Shown here piece by piece: positions 12,271 to 27,106 of a stretch of DNA of 64,000 bases. Position 1 is the stretch's first letter. The number at the start of each line of letters is the position of its first letter. This DNA is from Eledone cirrhosa (taxonomy: Eukaryota). A program made the translations under genes and the position numbers. The notes beneath the pieces are model-generated. The model was not told the DNA's origin. It worked only from the letters and a program-made list of their open reading frames with translations, and did not search any database. The stretch covers positions 265,422,001-265,486,000 of the forward strand of contig OZ024740.1 in assembly GCA_964016885.1 (NCBI GenBank). The letters are read 5' to 3'.

Positions 12271-12426
12271 CAACGGTCGTCAACCGGTGATCCGAGAGAA
12301 TATTTTGGTGATCCGTAGAAAAATTTTAACGTATTTATCTTTTTAAGAAAATTCATATTAGTGGTCCACGAGGTTTAAATTTATGAATTTAGTGGTCCGT
12401 GAGGTCCGAAAGGTTGGCGACCACTG
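12271..12426. mobile_element. Non-autonomous hAT-type MITE, 156 bp
   Basis: Termini CAACGGTCGTCAACC / GGTTGGCGACCACTG; near-perfect 8-bp TSD ATCTTGAA (12263-12270) / ATCTCGAA (12427-12434). Confidence 0.75.
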
Positions 12427-13189
12427 ATCTCGAACGGCAATCATTTTAGTATTCTGATATGTACTTGTGTTAAAGAAACTTAATGAGATGTTTTTTTCAA
12501 ATATTTATTCAATTATCTGGGTTCAAATCACGCCAAAATCTACTTTGCTATTGGCACTCATAAAGAATGCTTCAGTAAGATAACTCAATCGATTACATTA
12601 TATCCTGTTCTTCTGTAACATCATTTCATTCTCTGCATCAGTAATAAGCTTTATGTTGGTTTTTCAGGTCTTAGCTTTTGTTGTTTTTGTTGTCATTTTC
12701 GTCGTCTTTTTTGTTGTTGTTCTGTTGTTTTTTTCGTCAGCGTAGTTTTTCTTGTTTTTACTGTTGTTTTTTCGGCATCGTCATTGTTTTTGTTGTTGCT
12801 GTTGTTTTGTCGTCGTCGTCGTCGTCGTCGTTCTTGTTTTTGCTGTTACTATTGTTGTTGTCGTCGTCTTTCTTGTTGTTGCTGTTAAGTTGTTGTTGTC
12901 ACCGTTTTCCTAGATATTATTGTTGCCATCGCCGTTGTCGTTTTTCTTGTTGTTGCTGTTAAGTTATTGTCGCCGATATTCTTGTGGCTGTTGTGTTAGT
13001 TCGTTATTTGTGAAGTTGGTGTTGAAGAAGTTGTTATAAATTGTTTCGCTAATGAGAAAACAATGTATACAAACAACACAGACATGACCATCTAGCCTTT
13101 TATCAAGTTTGAATATATTTAATACTACATTATACAATGTGTTATTCCTTTGTTTAAGACACTTTGGTGTGATTTTGTCTAGTATTCCT

Positions 13190-13380
13190 ATAATTGTTTC
13201 TACTTTTGGCACAAGGCCAGCAATATTCCCAGTGTGTTACTGGTACTTTATTTTATCAACCCCGTAAGGATGAAAGGCAAAGTTAACCTCGGCGGGATTT
13301 GAACCATAAAGGGCCGTAACTCTTTCCTGCAAAGCATGGCGTCCGACCCTCTATCGATACTGCCAATCCAATTCCTATAA
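13190..13380 (-). mobile_element. tRNA-derived SINE, octopus-type
   Basis: Minus strand GGTTCAAATCCCGCCGAGGTTAACTTTGCCTTTCATCC (B box plus core); second copy at about 40440-40600. Confidence 0.7.
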
Positions 13381-13513
13381 TGATGAGCAATCGTAGAAGT
13401 TCCCTTATTGATACGTAAGGCTACCACATCATACTCGACGCAGAATTTCACTGAGTAACATATTGTACATGCGTACATACACATACATACATTACATACA
13501 TGCATATATAAAT

Positions 13514-13740
<227 letters not shown>

Positions 13741-13849
13741 GTAATAATAATAAAATTGAAGACTAAAATCCAAAGAGGGCTCGATAAGGAAAATATATAT
13801 CAAATATATAAGAACCGTAGCTGTTATAGCGTATAATTTTTACATATTC

Positions 13850-14580
13850 TGGTATTTAGGGTTTGGCTATGTGTATTCGGGAGTTTTGCGTCCGCGTGAG
13901 TGTGCAGGTTCGTACGTATGGTGGGTGTGTGTATATGTGTACTTCTTGTGTTAGTTGACTTATGTCTCCGAGCATTCGTGTATTTATATGTAGGTATGCG
14001 TGTACGCTTGTTATATACGTATTTATTTACTTATATACGTTTATATAATTATTTATTTATCTGTACACAAGCATACACACACACACATATTTATATGTGC
14101 GTGGTTTTGTATACCCATGGTAAGGTTTTGCGTATGCTTGTGTATGTACGTATCTGTTTGCGTGTATGTATTTATTTGTTTCTATTATCTCTGTATTGTA
14201 TTTATTTACTTTGTTCTTAACTCTGTAGCGGAGATTCATTTGGTCTCCTAGTTAGAATTTTAGTCTACGATTTCTGCTATACCATTTACGTGGTTTTGTC
14301 TTTGCGTGCTATTGTTCTCCACGCTCCACATATGACTTATTATCTTCGTTTTTTCGTTCATTGCCAGAGAACGTCTCTATGCACCACCTAAGAGAACATT
14401 AGTCTACGACCTCTTTTATACCATAAACGTGGTTTTGTCTTTGCGCGTAATTGTTTTTCACCGCTCCTATTAATGACGTATTATTCGTTTTTTCCGGTTC
14501 TTTGCCAGCGAACGTTTCCACGAACCAAAGTATCGTCTTCCTGTCTTCCTCCGGTTGCAACGTTTTTTGAAATATCCAGT
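13850..14580 (+). repeat. Dispersed repeat with an inverted homologue at about 40210-41050
   Basis: TTAGTCTACGACCTCTTTTATACCATAAACGTGG and ATCGTCTTCCTGT..GCAACGTTTTTTGAAATAT match the reverse complement of 40215-40395. Confidence 0.65.
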
Positions 14581-14677
14581 TCTGCGTTTACAGATTGACT
14601 TTGTTAGTTTCAGAAGATCCCGTTAAGGGTGAAAGCAGCGATTCTTTGCTTAAACTTTAATCTGTTATTTTAATAAA

Positions 14678-14749
<72 letters not shown>

Positions 14750-14752
<3 letters not shown>

Positions 14753-14932
14753 TTAATATGGATGAGATTCTACAGGACTAGAACTGTTTCATTCTTTAGA
14801 GATCATCAGAGATTCCTGATGATTTCTAAAGAATGAAACAGTAGAATCTCATCTATATTAAAACTTATTATACTCTGCTATGTATTGAGTACCTTACTTA
14901 CTGTGGTTACCTCCGATTCAACCCGGAATAAC

Positions 14933-14934
<2 letters not shown>
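14750..14934. mobile_element. Solo pLTR with two head-to-head hammerheads (minus 14765-14809, plus 14809-14850) in (TA)n
   Basis: Plus strand GAGATTC-CTGATGA-TTTCtaaaGAAT-GAAACA-GTA-GAATCTC; mirror copy on the minus strand; ends in the module GTGGTTACCTCCGATTCAACCCGGAATAACGT shared with 29278-29314, 33675-33705 and 49037-49075. Confidence 0.8.
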
Positions 14935-15009
<75 letters not shown>

Positions 15010-15161
15010 TGTATATATATATGAATATATATATATACATGCATACATAAATATATATATATATACACACACATATATGTATATATATATATACATACAC
15101 ATTATATACATACATGTATACATATATGTATATATATATGTGTATTTGTGTGTGTGTGTGT

Positions 15162-15221
<60 letters not shown>

Positions 15222-16267
15222 ACGTGTGTTGCATTTGAGGCTGAAGTTTTCATTCAGAATTCTAAATGCTTACTTCATTCTCTTGCTTGTTTATATTTAA
15301 TTGGATGTGTAACTGTTGATTTAATTTTCTGTATTAATGTGTTTGTTTTCGGTATTAATCTATCTGTTTTGCAACAGCTTCAGGTTGTGCGTTACTTCTT
15401 TTAATAATGGTATTTTCGTTGTTGTTGTCTTATTCTGAACTTAGTCCCATTTCAGAACTTTTAAATACTTAAACATTAATGATGTCATAGAGCACATGCT
15501 AAATACGTTGTACGTTTTTCTCTTTCAATTTTCTAACAACGCTTATGTTTTAAAACAGAATTGGTAGAAACGTTACAGCAAAAGACAAAATGTTTTGTTG
15601 CATGCGTTGCATCACTCTGCGCTCTGTGTTCAAAGCCCAATAAGATAAACATCGCTGATCTTAATTTAAAGAGCCTATTAGGTGGCTGGACCTTGTCTGT
15701 AGCCCGCTGTAATACCACGGCCTAGCACCAACTTGAATATCCATAAGCGATGTTCAATATGTTGCAAGCATTCAAATCAGGGGTCCGGTTTATAAATGCC
15801 TTTGTCAGTCGCTTACACTATTCTCGAAGGCACTGCACGGTGTAGGAGGGAATAGATACCAAGCTTGCTAAACATTCGGTACCGGGAGCCACATATGGCC
15901 CTTCAACTTAAAACAGAAGCCAAGACGACATGAATTCTCACTTCTGTTGTGATTGCTGTCACAAAACAACAACCAGAACAACAATAACAGCTCTCTCAAT
16001 GAATGCTGAGATAAAAGTAGTAACAGTGGGGTGCAGCCTTCCCAAATATCACCCCAGTCGGGGGGTCAGAAGAGCATAGACCGCGGGAAGAGGAAGAAAA
16101 CAGTGAGTTACCAATGTAATGTACAAAACCACGACAGAGCAGCGAATACCAAGAACACGCAAGCCAACTATTCCCATCAGACATACTGCCCAGCATGACA
16201 TATCGTTATAATATTGTAATCCATTTTTCGCTTTAGCGAAGTGTTTTTATTCTTTCCCATATTAATG

Positions 16268-16530
16268 GGGTAAGTGTAATGGTCTTACGATCATAATATC
16301 GTGGGTTTGATTCCTGGACTGGGTTGTGCGTTATGTTCTTGAACAAAACACTTCATTTCACGTTATTCAAGAATACTCTGCTGCAAATGAGTACCAGCAA
16401 TAGTGGAGGCATTAACCCTGTGATGGATTGGTGTAATGCCCAGTGCGCATTCTTGTACTCTCAGTCACTTCACGCCACAACCACCCAGAAAACATCGGCC
16501 TAATGATCCTCCGGCCTCGAGGTACACTGT
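16268..16530 (+). mobile_element. Degenerate tRNA-derived SINE
   Basis: B-box-like GGTTTGATTCCT followed by TGTTCTTGAACAAAACACTTCATTTCACGTT, related to 58687-58802. Confidence 0.6.
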
Positions 16531-17889
16531 AAACTGACTATAGAGCATATGCGTGCAATGGAATCGAAACCAGACCTCTTATTTTCGCAGTAAATATTAG
16601 ATCACTTTCTTTTGTCAATTTCGGTGAAAGCTTCTCATTTTATTTTCAAAATTTGCAATCGTCATCGTATTCCAATTCACGTGTACTGTCATGACGATAT
16701 ATTGTTTTATTTTTGTTTACCTTACGAGACAATGTATATCTTAAACATTTTTTTCTATAAACCATAACAATATTCTAGTTTAAACGCTGGAGCACAGCAT
16801 TTTGAGCGTATAAATTTCTATTGTAACCACCTGTGGAACAGAGACCTATTGAAACACAAAACTACGATATGTATAAACATATTCATTGGCTATTCTACCT
16901 AAACAAAAATGTAAAGATTTCCTATAGTTAACCTAATATATTCAATTTTAAGGACTTGTGTTACATTTGATATTTAATTTAAGTATTATTTAGGGAAAGG
17001 AATGAACCTCCTATCATACTCGTTTTTGCTTCTTATCAAGTATAGGGTATGAGGAGAGGCTGTTAAGTAAGAAGTGATTTCTGATTCAACCGAGTCTTCT
17101 GCTAACCTTTTCGAATTTTACTCGAACAAATTAATTTCACGTTCTTTACTAATGTATTCAAGAAAATCATGAATGTCACGCAATCTTGTTTTCCTCATCT
17201 ACAAAAATTGAGGCCTAAGTAGGAAATTAATATTCTTAACGAAATTTGCGAAAGATATCCAAACTGTCATATCTGACATGATTCGATTTGAAACTTCGAT
17301 AAAAAATGTAAACAATGTCTTCCAGGTATAATACTATTGAGGCTGTTGATTTTCCAATTAATTTTCATCTAAATGAGTAGTTTTTAAGCTTTAGTTCTAA
17401 TTATGTTTTGCGGCTATATTTGTTTTATCTTCTGGTAGCGTTACTAAATGGATGAAGGAAAAGAAAACAAGACATGCAAGTTTTTAATTACAAAAGTTAA
17501 ACATCAATCAGTTCATTTATAATATATGTTAGAAATAATTACTTTCAACATTAGGAAAGAGATGCGGAAAGAGAATCAGAGAAAGGGAATATATGGCAGA
17601 GTGGTAGAATAAGACGCGTGTGAGGTAAGATAGAGAGATAGTAATAGATTTCATAATGTCCGACTAAGTTTGCTAAGCATTCAATCCAATTGGTTTAGAA
17701 AAATACATATATATAAAAATTATAGAACAAATATTTGGAAAGGAAAATGCGCCCGATGAGAAAGATAGAGATGATACAAACAAAAAGACAAATAAAAATA
17801 ACCCAAAGTGAACGCTTATGAAAACCTAGCAGGTGAAAGAGAGAAATGAAATGAAGTAAAATGCTATTCGGAAATACAGAAATTAAGTG

Positions 17890-18720
<831 letters not shown>

Positions 18721-19009
18721 TATTTGTCTGTGAGTGAATATATATGTATAGAGAAAGAGGGATGAGAGAGAGGAAATGAGAAAGGGAAGATATAGAGAAA
18801 GAGAGAGAGAGAGAGTGAGAACGAGAGAATATATTGGGCAATGACTGCACACGTAGATACGAAAAGGAAGAAAGTAATTATTATATCGGCGATCGTAGGA
18901 GAAAGAGTGAGGGGGGGGATGAACAATTGAAAACAGATAGAGATTAAATAGAAGATTATTTAAAAGAGCAATTTATTTCATAGTGGTGGGAGAGAAAATT
19001 AAGTGGATA

Positions 19010-19310
19010 TATCGCATACAATGATGGAATGTAAAATAATTATCGTGCTTGAATAATAAAGATGCCCAAAGAAGTGTATAAAATACGGATCAGCTGCAGT
19101 TTGTTCAGGCAGAGCTGGACATACAACGTTCAGCAGTAGGCCTCGAAATACCCTGCACGTAAATAAAATACATGTACAACGCCTTACAGCAGATTGTAAA
19201 CACATACAAGGGCATGAACGGTGAGACATAGCACAGAGTAACAACACGATGGAAAGCTTTCCACCGATTAAAGGTGTGCAGAACTTACCTCTAGACAAGA
19301 TCCCATGTTC
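19010..19310 (+). pseudogene. Highly degenerate RTE-like LINE reverse-transcriptase fragment
   Basis: Hand translation DQLQFVQAELDIQRSAVGLEI..IKYMYN..ET*HRVTTRWKAFHRLK resembles the RTE RT C-terminal pattern (VGLxIN..KTKYM; EIxRRIxxAWxAF). Confidence 0.5.
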
Positions 19311-19994
19311 CAATTACTTCAATAGCAATCAACATTATCCGGTAAATTTTGTAAAGAAAATTGAGGGTGGATAAAAGTAATGCTCTCTAGAAAGAGTGGA
19401 ATCAGGAGAGGTCATATGATTTAAATGTCTAAATGTGCCCTATCTTGCCAGAGTATATAATATTGTACTTGAATGCGATTTCAAACCTCTTAGGATGCTC
19501 TATCCTGCTAGATATTTAACCGACAGGATTTCCAGTTATGTGGCTATGTGGATTTAGACAAACCATCATGTAATTCAGATGGTATATAAAGTATTAGTTC
19601 AGTGGAAAAAAAATAGCGTCGGGCAAGTAAAGTTTTAGTATGGCAACTAAATAAAACACAAGCCATCTACAAGTTTGAATTAGATCCGGAGTATAGACAG
19701 TAGCCCATACAAATGTCATATATCCACAAAAAAAAGTTTTTAGTGGCAGATAAGAAGGAGAATTGATAGGATAGAGCAAAGAATGAAAAATAGAAAACAA
19801 TAGATTATCAAAAGCGTTAATCAGCACTTAGGTTCCTTAGCATAGTTGCGGTAAATGCTAACGGGGACGAGGTTATTGAAGCACGATGAGGTAAGCAAAT
19901 TCTAATTAGGTCTTGGAGGGATCGAAGGTTGTGTAGTATACAATTGTAGAAAGATTTGAAATTTATTTTTCAACACCATTGAATTATGTATATA

Positions 19995-20581
19995 TGTCGG
20001 GTCACTCTTGTGTGCTACTGGTAACATGTAACCCAGTACCACCTCTCGCATGGTCGGGTCGTCGGCGACTAAACCGGCAACCGCACCAAGTTTACTTGGT
20101 GAGGAGGGTGATTTTGGACACCCTACAGGATAAGAAACAAAACCTGACATAAGGTGAAAAAACTCATAAGAGTGTGTAAATATGTATGTACATATGTATG
20201 TATATGTGTATATACATGGGTGCATGTGTATGTATATGCGCGGGGACATAGAAAAAGTCGGGCTGGACACTCGATCACATGGTTAAACCACTGGGAGTGA
20301 AGGACCCCTAGCCTTTGTCAGAGCATTGTTCTAGGAGAAGGCAACTCAGGAAACTGGGATAACTCCGATATAAAACTTGCGGCTCAGTAGTTACCGATGA
20401 TGTTGATCTTTTCTCCTTTTCGGGTTATAGCTACTGTTGCACAGAGAGTGGGATTGGCACAGTCTTTCCTCACTTTAAAAAATATTTTCACGCACAGGCA
20501 TTGCACGATAGAATTAATTAATAATTATTAATAATGGTATAACGTGCAATGGCCATACTCGATAACGAGGGGGCAGCCATC
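19995..20581 (+). repeat. Dispersed SINE-like repeat with relatives at 21497-22000 (minus) and 48357-48563 (plus)
   Basis: Shared blocks GAGAGTGGGA(T/C)TGGC, GCACAGG(C/T)ATTGC and TGGCC(A/G)TACTCGA..ACGAG..GGCAG. Confidence 0.6.
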
Positions 20582-20608
20582 ATATATATGTATATATAGG
20601 AAAATGTT

Positions 20609-20706
20609 TAACTCCGACGGCGGAGCTCAAGCCGTTTCGACGGCTATTTCTGGACTAAATTAGAATTTTTAGCGTGGTAATAGATAGCCGAACTTTTCTA
20701 GGGGTA
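20609..20706 (-). ncRNA. Decayed hammerhead with mutated core
   Basis: Minus strand stem II CGGCTAT/ATAGCCG; GAAACGGC..GCCGTC-GGAG intact; the CUGANGA box has decayed to TAGAAAA. Confidence 0.45.
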
Positions 20707-21254
20707 ATTCCTTAAATTGGAAGATTGTAGTTGTCAAAAGGATTGGTCAAAATTTCTTGTAAACATAATTAAATCTTTCATGGCGGTGGGTGTGAGGTGG
20801 GGTGGCTGAACTTGCCTGTAGAACAATGAGGGAGTGGGTGGAGCCGGTCAAGCGTTGAAAGTGAATTCTATACAGCAAATTAAGGAGTGTTATGAAATTA
20901 GGTTAGGTAGAAAGCAGGCAAAAAAGATATCTGATAGTGGGCCGTTATAAGATTAAACGGTTAATAAATTGAGATTAAAAGAAAAAAGTATTTAAAAAAA
21001 TTAAATAGTAAAAATAATAAAAAAAATCTCTAGTGTCTAAAGCAGCTGGCATATTTTTAGCTGGTATTGCGTTTTCGGCCAATGCTATATAGAATTTACT
21101 GGGGTGGGGGTACTGAGGTTACAAAAGCCCGATGGGCTGCCTCAGAGTAGGCAAAAGAAGAAAGAGGAAAAGGAATAGGAGAGGGAGTGGAAGGAAGTGA
21201 TTGAGTACTCTGGTGCCTTATGGTCCATCTGGTTCCTTACCACACTTCCTTCGT

Positions 21255-21311
<57 letters not shown>

Positions 21312-21998
21312 GAGGGTATTTATTTTTTTTTAAAAAAGCATATATATATATGTATATATGGATATGTACACGTATATATATGTGTGTGTGTGTGTGTGTA
21401 AATACGTATGTATAAGTATTCATATATATATATACATATATATATATGAATATATATATTTATGTGTACATACGCACATACATACATATATATATATGGT
21501 GACTGCCAACTCGTTTTCGAGTACGGCCACTACTTTATATCCATGTAGGTGAACCCCTACCGATGCGCGGAACGAGTTTGAGTTTTAGTCCAGCCAGCGA
21601 CTTGAGGACTCTGGTACAAACATTACACTTGTGACAATTATTGACACAGTGCTGGGCCCATGGTACCATGTGACGACAAGTGCAGAGAGATCTCCAGATA
21701 TAAAGCAATACCTGTGCCGTGAAGCTTTTATAGTGAGCAAAGGCACTGCACAAAGCCAGTCCCACTCTCTTAACCAAGATGATATTTACCAAAAAGAAGA
21801 ACAAGTCAACATCATTGGATACCGTCAGGGTTGCAGGTGTTATATCAGAGTTTTCCTTCTCCTAGAATTCTGCCTTGACAAAGGCCAATGGGTCATCTCT
21901 CCCGGTGATTTTGGATGGCCATTGACTCTTAAGAGCTCCTTTGCCCTTTGACAGGTTTTGTTTTTAGTCCTGCAGGATGTCCAAAGTCACCGTTTTCA

Positions 21999-22041
<43 letters not shown>

Positions 22042-22352
22042 TGTTTTATGATATATAGCTCTGATTATTTAATTTATTAAATTTTCATTGAGCCACAAAG
22101 TGACCCGTTGCAAAATACGTATATGTATGTATATATATATATATATATGCAAACTTTTATATGTAATAATCTCCCATTAGGTTGAGATACAAATTTGGCT
22201 GTATTGTGCTGTGCTTTCTAGCAAAAAAGCCACCAGCCGTAAGCAACTACCACACCTCTTCCAACCTGACCGCTACTACGTCACGATTCTTAGCCATTTT
22301 GAATGAATTCTTGGCGCGATCACTTTGGGAAATTTAGTGTCTAGATCAGAGC

Positions 22353-22445
22353 AAATCTCCTGATGAATCGGATGCTCGAGTTACATAATTATCACATAAT
22401 TATTGGAAATCTCAAAATGCGGACGAAACCATGGTAGAGGTATTT
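22353..22445 (+). ncRNA. Type-I hammerhead with extended, partly decayed stem II
   Basis: CTC-CTGATGA (22360-22366)...GAAA (22425-22428)-CCATG-GTA-GAG; palindromic ACCATGGT. Confidence 0.6.
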
Positions 22446-22729
22446 AAATGTATTCTATTTTCTCCTAGTTTATTTTACACCTAATTCTGTTTAATTGACT
22501 GTATCTGGGCGATTACGCTGTCGAAATATTCGATAAATATTCCGTTGCGGCCGACGCGAAGGGCTAGTTTCGGTTATTTGCTGGAGATTTCTTCATAGAA
22601 GCCTCATTCTTATAGCCTGGTCTATTCGATTTTTTATATAGTTAATTATGCTAATTGGGAGAGGAAATGGTATATATTTTATCTTGTGATTCTATAGACA
22701 TGTTTTATGATATATATATATATATATAT

Positions 22730-25700
22730 ATAGTATTAGTTATACTATTTATGGTTATGTAAACACAAAACCTTAAGCAGTTGTAAGTATTTTACACACA
22801 CCCTAAATAGTGGTAGGCAGTAATGTATTACTACCTTATTACCAGTAAGTTAAGTAGCTCAATGTAAAAACATCAGATGATTTACAGAGCAGTTATATGA
22901 AATATAAGAATCAAAGAACTGTTCAAAACATTATTGTGCTTACAGCTGTTTCCTCCAAACCGAGGTTTGGATTCTTCGGAGCAATTTATTAATGCATGGA
23001 CAGTTATATGACCTCCTTTTCAGCCGAGAGACATACCAATACATATTCAAACATTGATACATATTCAAACATTGTGGGTCAACATTCATTACAGAATTTA
23101 CAGAATTTAGAGTGGCAGTACACACTTCGAGATTACATTTATATTAATAGGTACAATCAAAAATCAAAGATATAGGTTAAAATACAACATGAAGATAAGT
23201 GGTTATATAGTGCAAATGTTATATGTGTGGCACGCATGTGCGTCTTGTTTATATAGTGTGGCAGAGAGATATGTGTGGTAGAGGCACTTAGGTAGGTAAA
23301 TAAGAGTGTTAGGTTGGTAGATCTGGTGGCAAAGTCTTTATATGATTGATATAGTCTGTGTGTGGAGAAATATTATAAGCATTAAAGATAGTGCAAGCAT
23401 TAAAAGTGTTATAAGTATTGGAGATGCACAGCGCAGGGATGTCAAGTAATTCATGTACTTCGGTATTTTCATGGTCAAGGGAGTGTATATTTCGATTATA
23501 TGCCTTTCACATAATCCACGACAATCCAGTTAGAGATCGTAGTCTGGTGTTCTTTAGTTCGATACAGGAGGTTGTTACGTTTCGAGAGACGCCATTGAAT
23601 ACCGGAAGTGTGTGTGTGGCTAAGGGGAGTTAATGCATGCGGGGAGGTAACTCTGGGGTTTCTATATCTAGCCATTAAAATGTGTCCCAATATAGACCCT
23701 AAATTCTATGGTGAGGTGCACCTTCCAAGAGAGACTTTTAAAGCATAAAGTGTACTAACTATAGAGTAGTTTAACTAAATTATGCTGAAGGTGATCATAT
23801 TATTATTAAGGTGGATTAACCCATCTTAAGGTGCTACAAATGGAAATTATAGATGATGAGCGAGGATTCTAAATTAATGATCTCTGTGGTTGTAGTCTGC
23901 TCATATGACCAGGCGCGGTGACTGCAGGATTGCTTCAGGACCCAATGATCTCTGGTAAGATCTGGGTCATCGCTTGCTACATTGGATGTCGAAAGATAAT
24001 CATCCCCAGGTAGGCCAAAGGTCAATCCGCAGTCCTCGCGACCCCTCTCTGACCGTCAGATCATCCATATACGTACAACCCGCACGGCAGTTGCATTGCA
24101 TTCACTCACTGCGCTCAGCAGCCTGGTCCTACTGGTCAACAGCGCTACTCGATTAAATCATTTTAGATCTGTCTAAGGAGGGTGTTTCCTCTGCCCAACA
24201 CCATCCACCCGATCAATTCATGCTCAAATTACCCTTAGAGCGGTGTAGTGCCGTCCAGGTGGGTGGATGTTGTCACACCTGCCGTAGAGGTATAAATGGG
24301 TATTTTCCCTGCGAAGGGTTCCAGAGGGATGTCGTTGTTTGTGTTATAATGGATCAGCTAGTGTTGGGTATGTAGTATAGGGTGTGTCTCTGGTGTTTGA
24401 TGCTAGATGTGGTGTTAGGTTCCAGTCCGACATTGCTATATATGGGGCTTAAAGTTTTGGAAGGAATGTCTGAGTCGGTGCTGGCAAGTTGCAAACACCT
24501 CAGATTTTTTGTTAAGTAGGTTACGGTTGGAGAAGATAATATTGTGTGTCTCTAGTATACAGAGGTTACAGAATTTATTAGGTGGTTTGTACGAGGTCGC
24601 GCTGCCTATCACTTCCCATTTGAGTGTGTATGGTTTATTTTTAGATTTTAGATAGTGTATGTAGCTAGAAAGTGAGGTGGAGTTGGCTAGGCTGTGCTTT
24701 TTGAACGAGTGGATGTGCGAGTTATATCTAATTTTGAAGCAGTTAGAAGTGGAGCCTACATAGGTTTCTGAAGAGTTATTAGTCGTGACTGTGCATGAGT
24801 ATATGACATCCTTGGTTAGGCATTTTTTATCTAAAGGGCAGGTTCTATTAGCTCTACAGTTACAATTATTCTGTGCGTTAGTCCGCTGGTTATAATGCAA
24901 TGCGGAAGTCTGTGTGGTGGATATAGGATTTTGGGTGTTCAGGTTGACAACCCTGGTGTTATTACTTATACTAGTGTTATTTCTATTGTTACTGCCGTTG
25001 CTATTGTTGCTTGCTACAGTGGTATTTAGAGGGTTTGCATCCCGTTGCGATTTTGTTTGTTGGAAGTAAGAACTAATTTTACTATTATTGCTGCTAGCTA
25101 TGTGGTATGCTGAGTTAGGCGTCGTGGAGTATGAGATTTTAATGGTGTTTTTGTTTAAGAGGTTGTGGTACTTGTGTCCTAGAGGGAAGTTTTTATCCAG
25201 TAGTGAGAAGAAAGCCCTAGGTATGTTGGTGGAGACATTTAGGTTGAAAGGAGGGTTGAAAAATGTATTATTTCTTCTTCTATTTTTGCTTTTAGTGTTT
25301 GGTGTGTTGCTTCCTCCTAATGCCTCACAGTAGTTTCCATGGTAATGGTTACTTCCGGTGGCACCCTCCGCTTTGGTGTACTTGTGGTTGCTATTCCTAT
25401 TATTAGATTTCTTCATGGACATGTTGTGCGAGATGATGTTGTAGCTATGTGTTTTCTTAGGTAGGAACTCAATTTCTATATTATGGCCGGAGCTAGCTAA
25501 TGCTTGATTGTAATATTGTGAGTTTTTGCTAAATATGTTTGCGTCATAGGACAGACTAGAGATTCTATTGGACACCCCCTTAGAGATAGAGTTTAATATT
25601 GATCTAGGGTGATTAGACTCGGTATCTACGTAAATAAGTTTCTCATTAGGCTTATGGAAGGGTGTATATATTTTTGAGTCTAGGTATAGTGTGGCGTCTA

Positions 25701-25810
25701 GGAAGTTAACATTTTTAGTGTTTTTGTCCATGGTGATACTAGGTTAAAGTTTTTGAATGTCTTATGCAGTTGTTTTCTAGTTCTTTCTATATTAAATTTT
25801 TCATATTCTA
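22730..25810 (-). mobile_element. 5'-truncated Penelope-like element (Hydra-clade-like) with a long unique 3' UTR
   Basis: Coding region 24436-25810 followed by about 1.7 kb of non-repetitive sequence ending at (TA)n; the 3' boundary is approximate. Confidence 0.75.
24436..25731 (-). CDS. PLE RT thumb plus GIY-YIG endonuclease (truncated ORF)
   Basis: [53 protein letters not shown]. Confidence 0.85.
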   Translation of the reverse strand: MDKNTKNVNFLDATLYLDSKIYTPFHKPNEKLIYVDTESNHPRSILNSISKGVSNRISSLSYDANIFSKNSQYYNQALASSGHNIEIEFLPKKTHSYNIISHNMSMKKSNNRNSNHKYTKAEGATGSNHYHGNYCEALGGSNTPNTKSKNRRRNNTFFNPPFNLNVSTNIPRAFFSLLDKNFPLGHKYHNLLNKNTIKISYSTTPNSAYHIASSNNSKISSYFQQTKSQRDANPLNTTVASNNSNGSNNRNNTSISNNTRVVNLNTQNPISTTQTSALHYNQRTNAQNNCNCRANRTCPLDKKCLTKDVIYSCTVTTNNSSETYVGSTSNCFKIRYNSHIHSFKKHSLANSTSLSSYIHYLKSKNKPYTLKWEVIGSATSYKPPNKFCNLCILETHNIIFSNRNLLNKKSEVFATCQHRLRHSFQNFKPHI

Positions 25811-25866
25811 TGAGTATATATATATATATACACACACACATACATATACATATATATATATATATA

Positions 25867-25934
<68 letters not shown>

Positions 25935-25977
25935 TACACACACCCACATATATACATATACATATACACATATATAT

Positions 25978-26032
<55 letters not shown>

Positions 26033-26122
26033 CACATACACACACATATATATATACACGCACACAAATATATACACATATATATCAACACACACACACA
26101 CATACACATGCATATGTATAAA

Positions 26123-26163
<41 letters not shown>

Positions 26164-26252
26164 ATATATATATACAAACATACACATACATACACAGGCC
26201 TATACATAAATATACACATATATATACAGACATATAACGCGTATATACACAC

Positions 26253-26321
<69 letters not shown>

Positions 26322-26391
26322 TATACACACACGCGCATACACACATACACACACACACACACACAAATATATATGCACACTCTCTCCCGCG

Positions 26392-26449
<58 letters not shown>

Positions 26450-26526
26450 CATATATACACACATACACACATACACATACACATATATATATATATACAC
26501 ATATATACACACATATATATATATAC

Positions 26527-26567
<41 letters not shown>

Positions 26568-26642
26568 TACATATACATATATATATATATATATATACAT
26601 ACAAATACACACACACATATATATATACACACCTGCCCACAC

Positions 26643-26687
<45 letters not shown>

Positions 26688-26732
26688 TACACACACACAC
26701 ACACGCACACACATACACACATACACACACAC

Positions 26733-26811
<79 letters not shown>

Positions 26812-27106
26812 CACATACACATACATATACATACACATATATACATAAACATACATACATACATACATACACATATATACACACACACACATACATATAC
26901 ACACATACAAACAAATATATACACATACAAATAAATAGGTACTCAATAAATATACGCATATACGCAGGCACATAAAGACACCTCTACAGGCAGAAAATGT
27001 AGATACGAAAGAGGTACTCACATAACCATAGTGGCCGTATTTCAGGTTGAGGGGGGTGGGGGTAGGGTGGGGAGGAGGTATAGGGGCCAATAGGGGGAGG
27101 TCGTTT

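Noticed and set aside
15530-16200. Host exon in the non-repetitive stretch (also 10640-11260 and 42530-43450)
   Set aside because: No recognisable protein similarity or convincing splice-bounded frame by eye. It cannot be excluded without RNA-seq or BLASTX.
20020-20085. HDV-like ribozyme (CCACCTCTCGCATGG...CGACTAA)
   Set aside because: L3-like and J4/2-like words are present, but I could not build consistent P1 and P2 helices.
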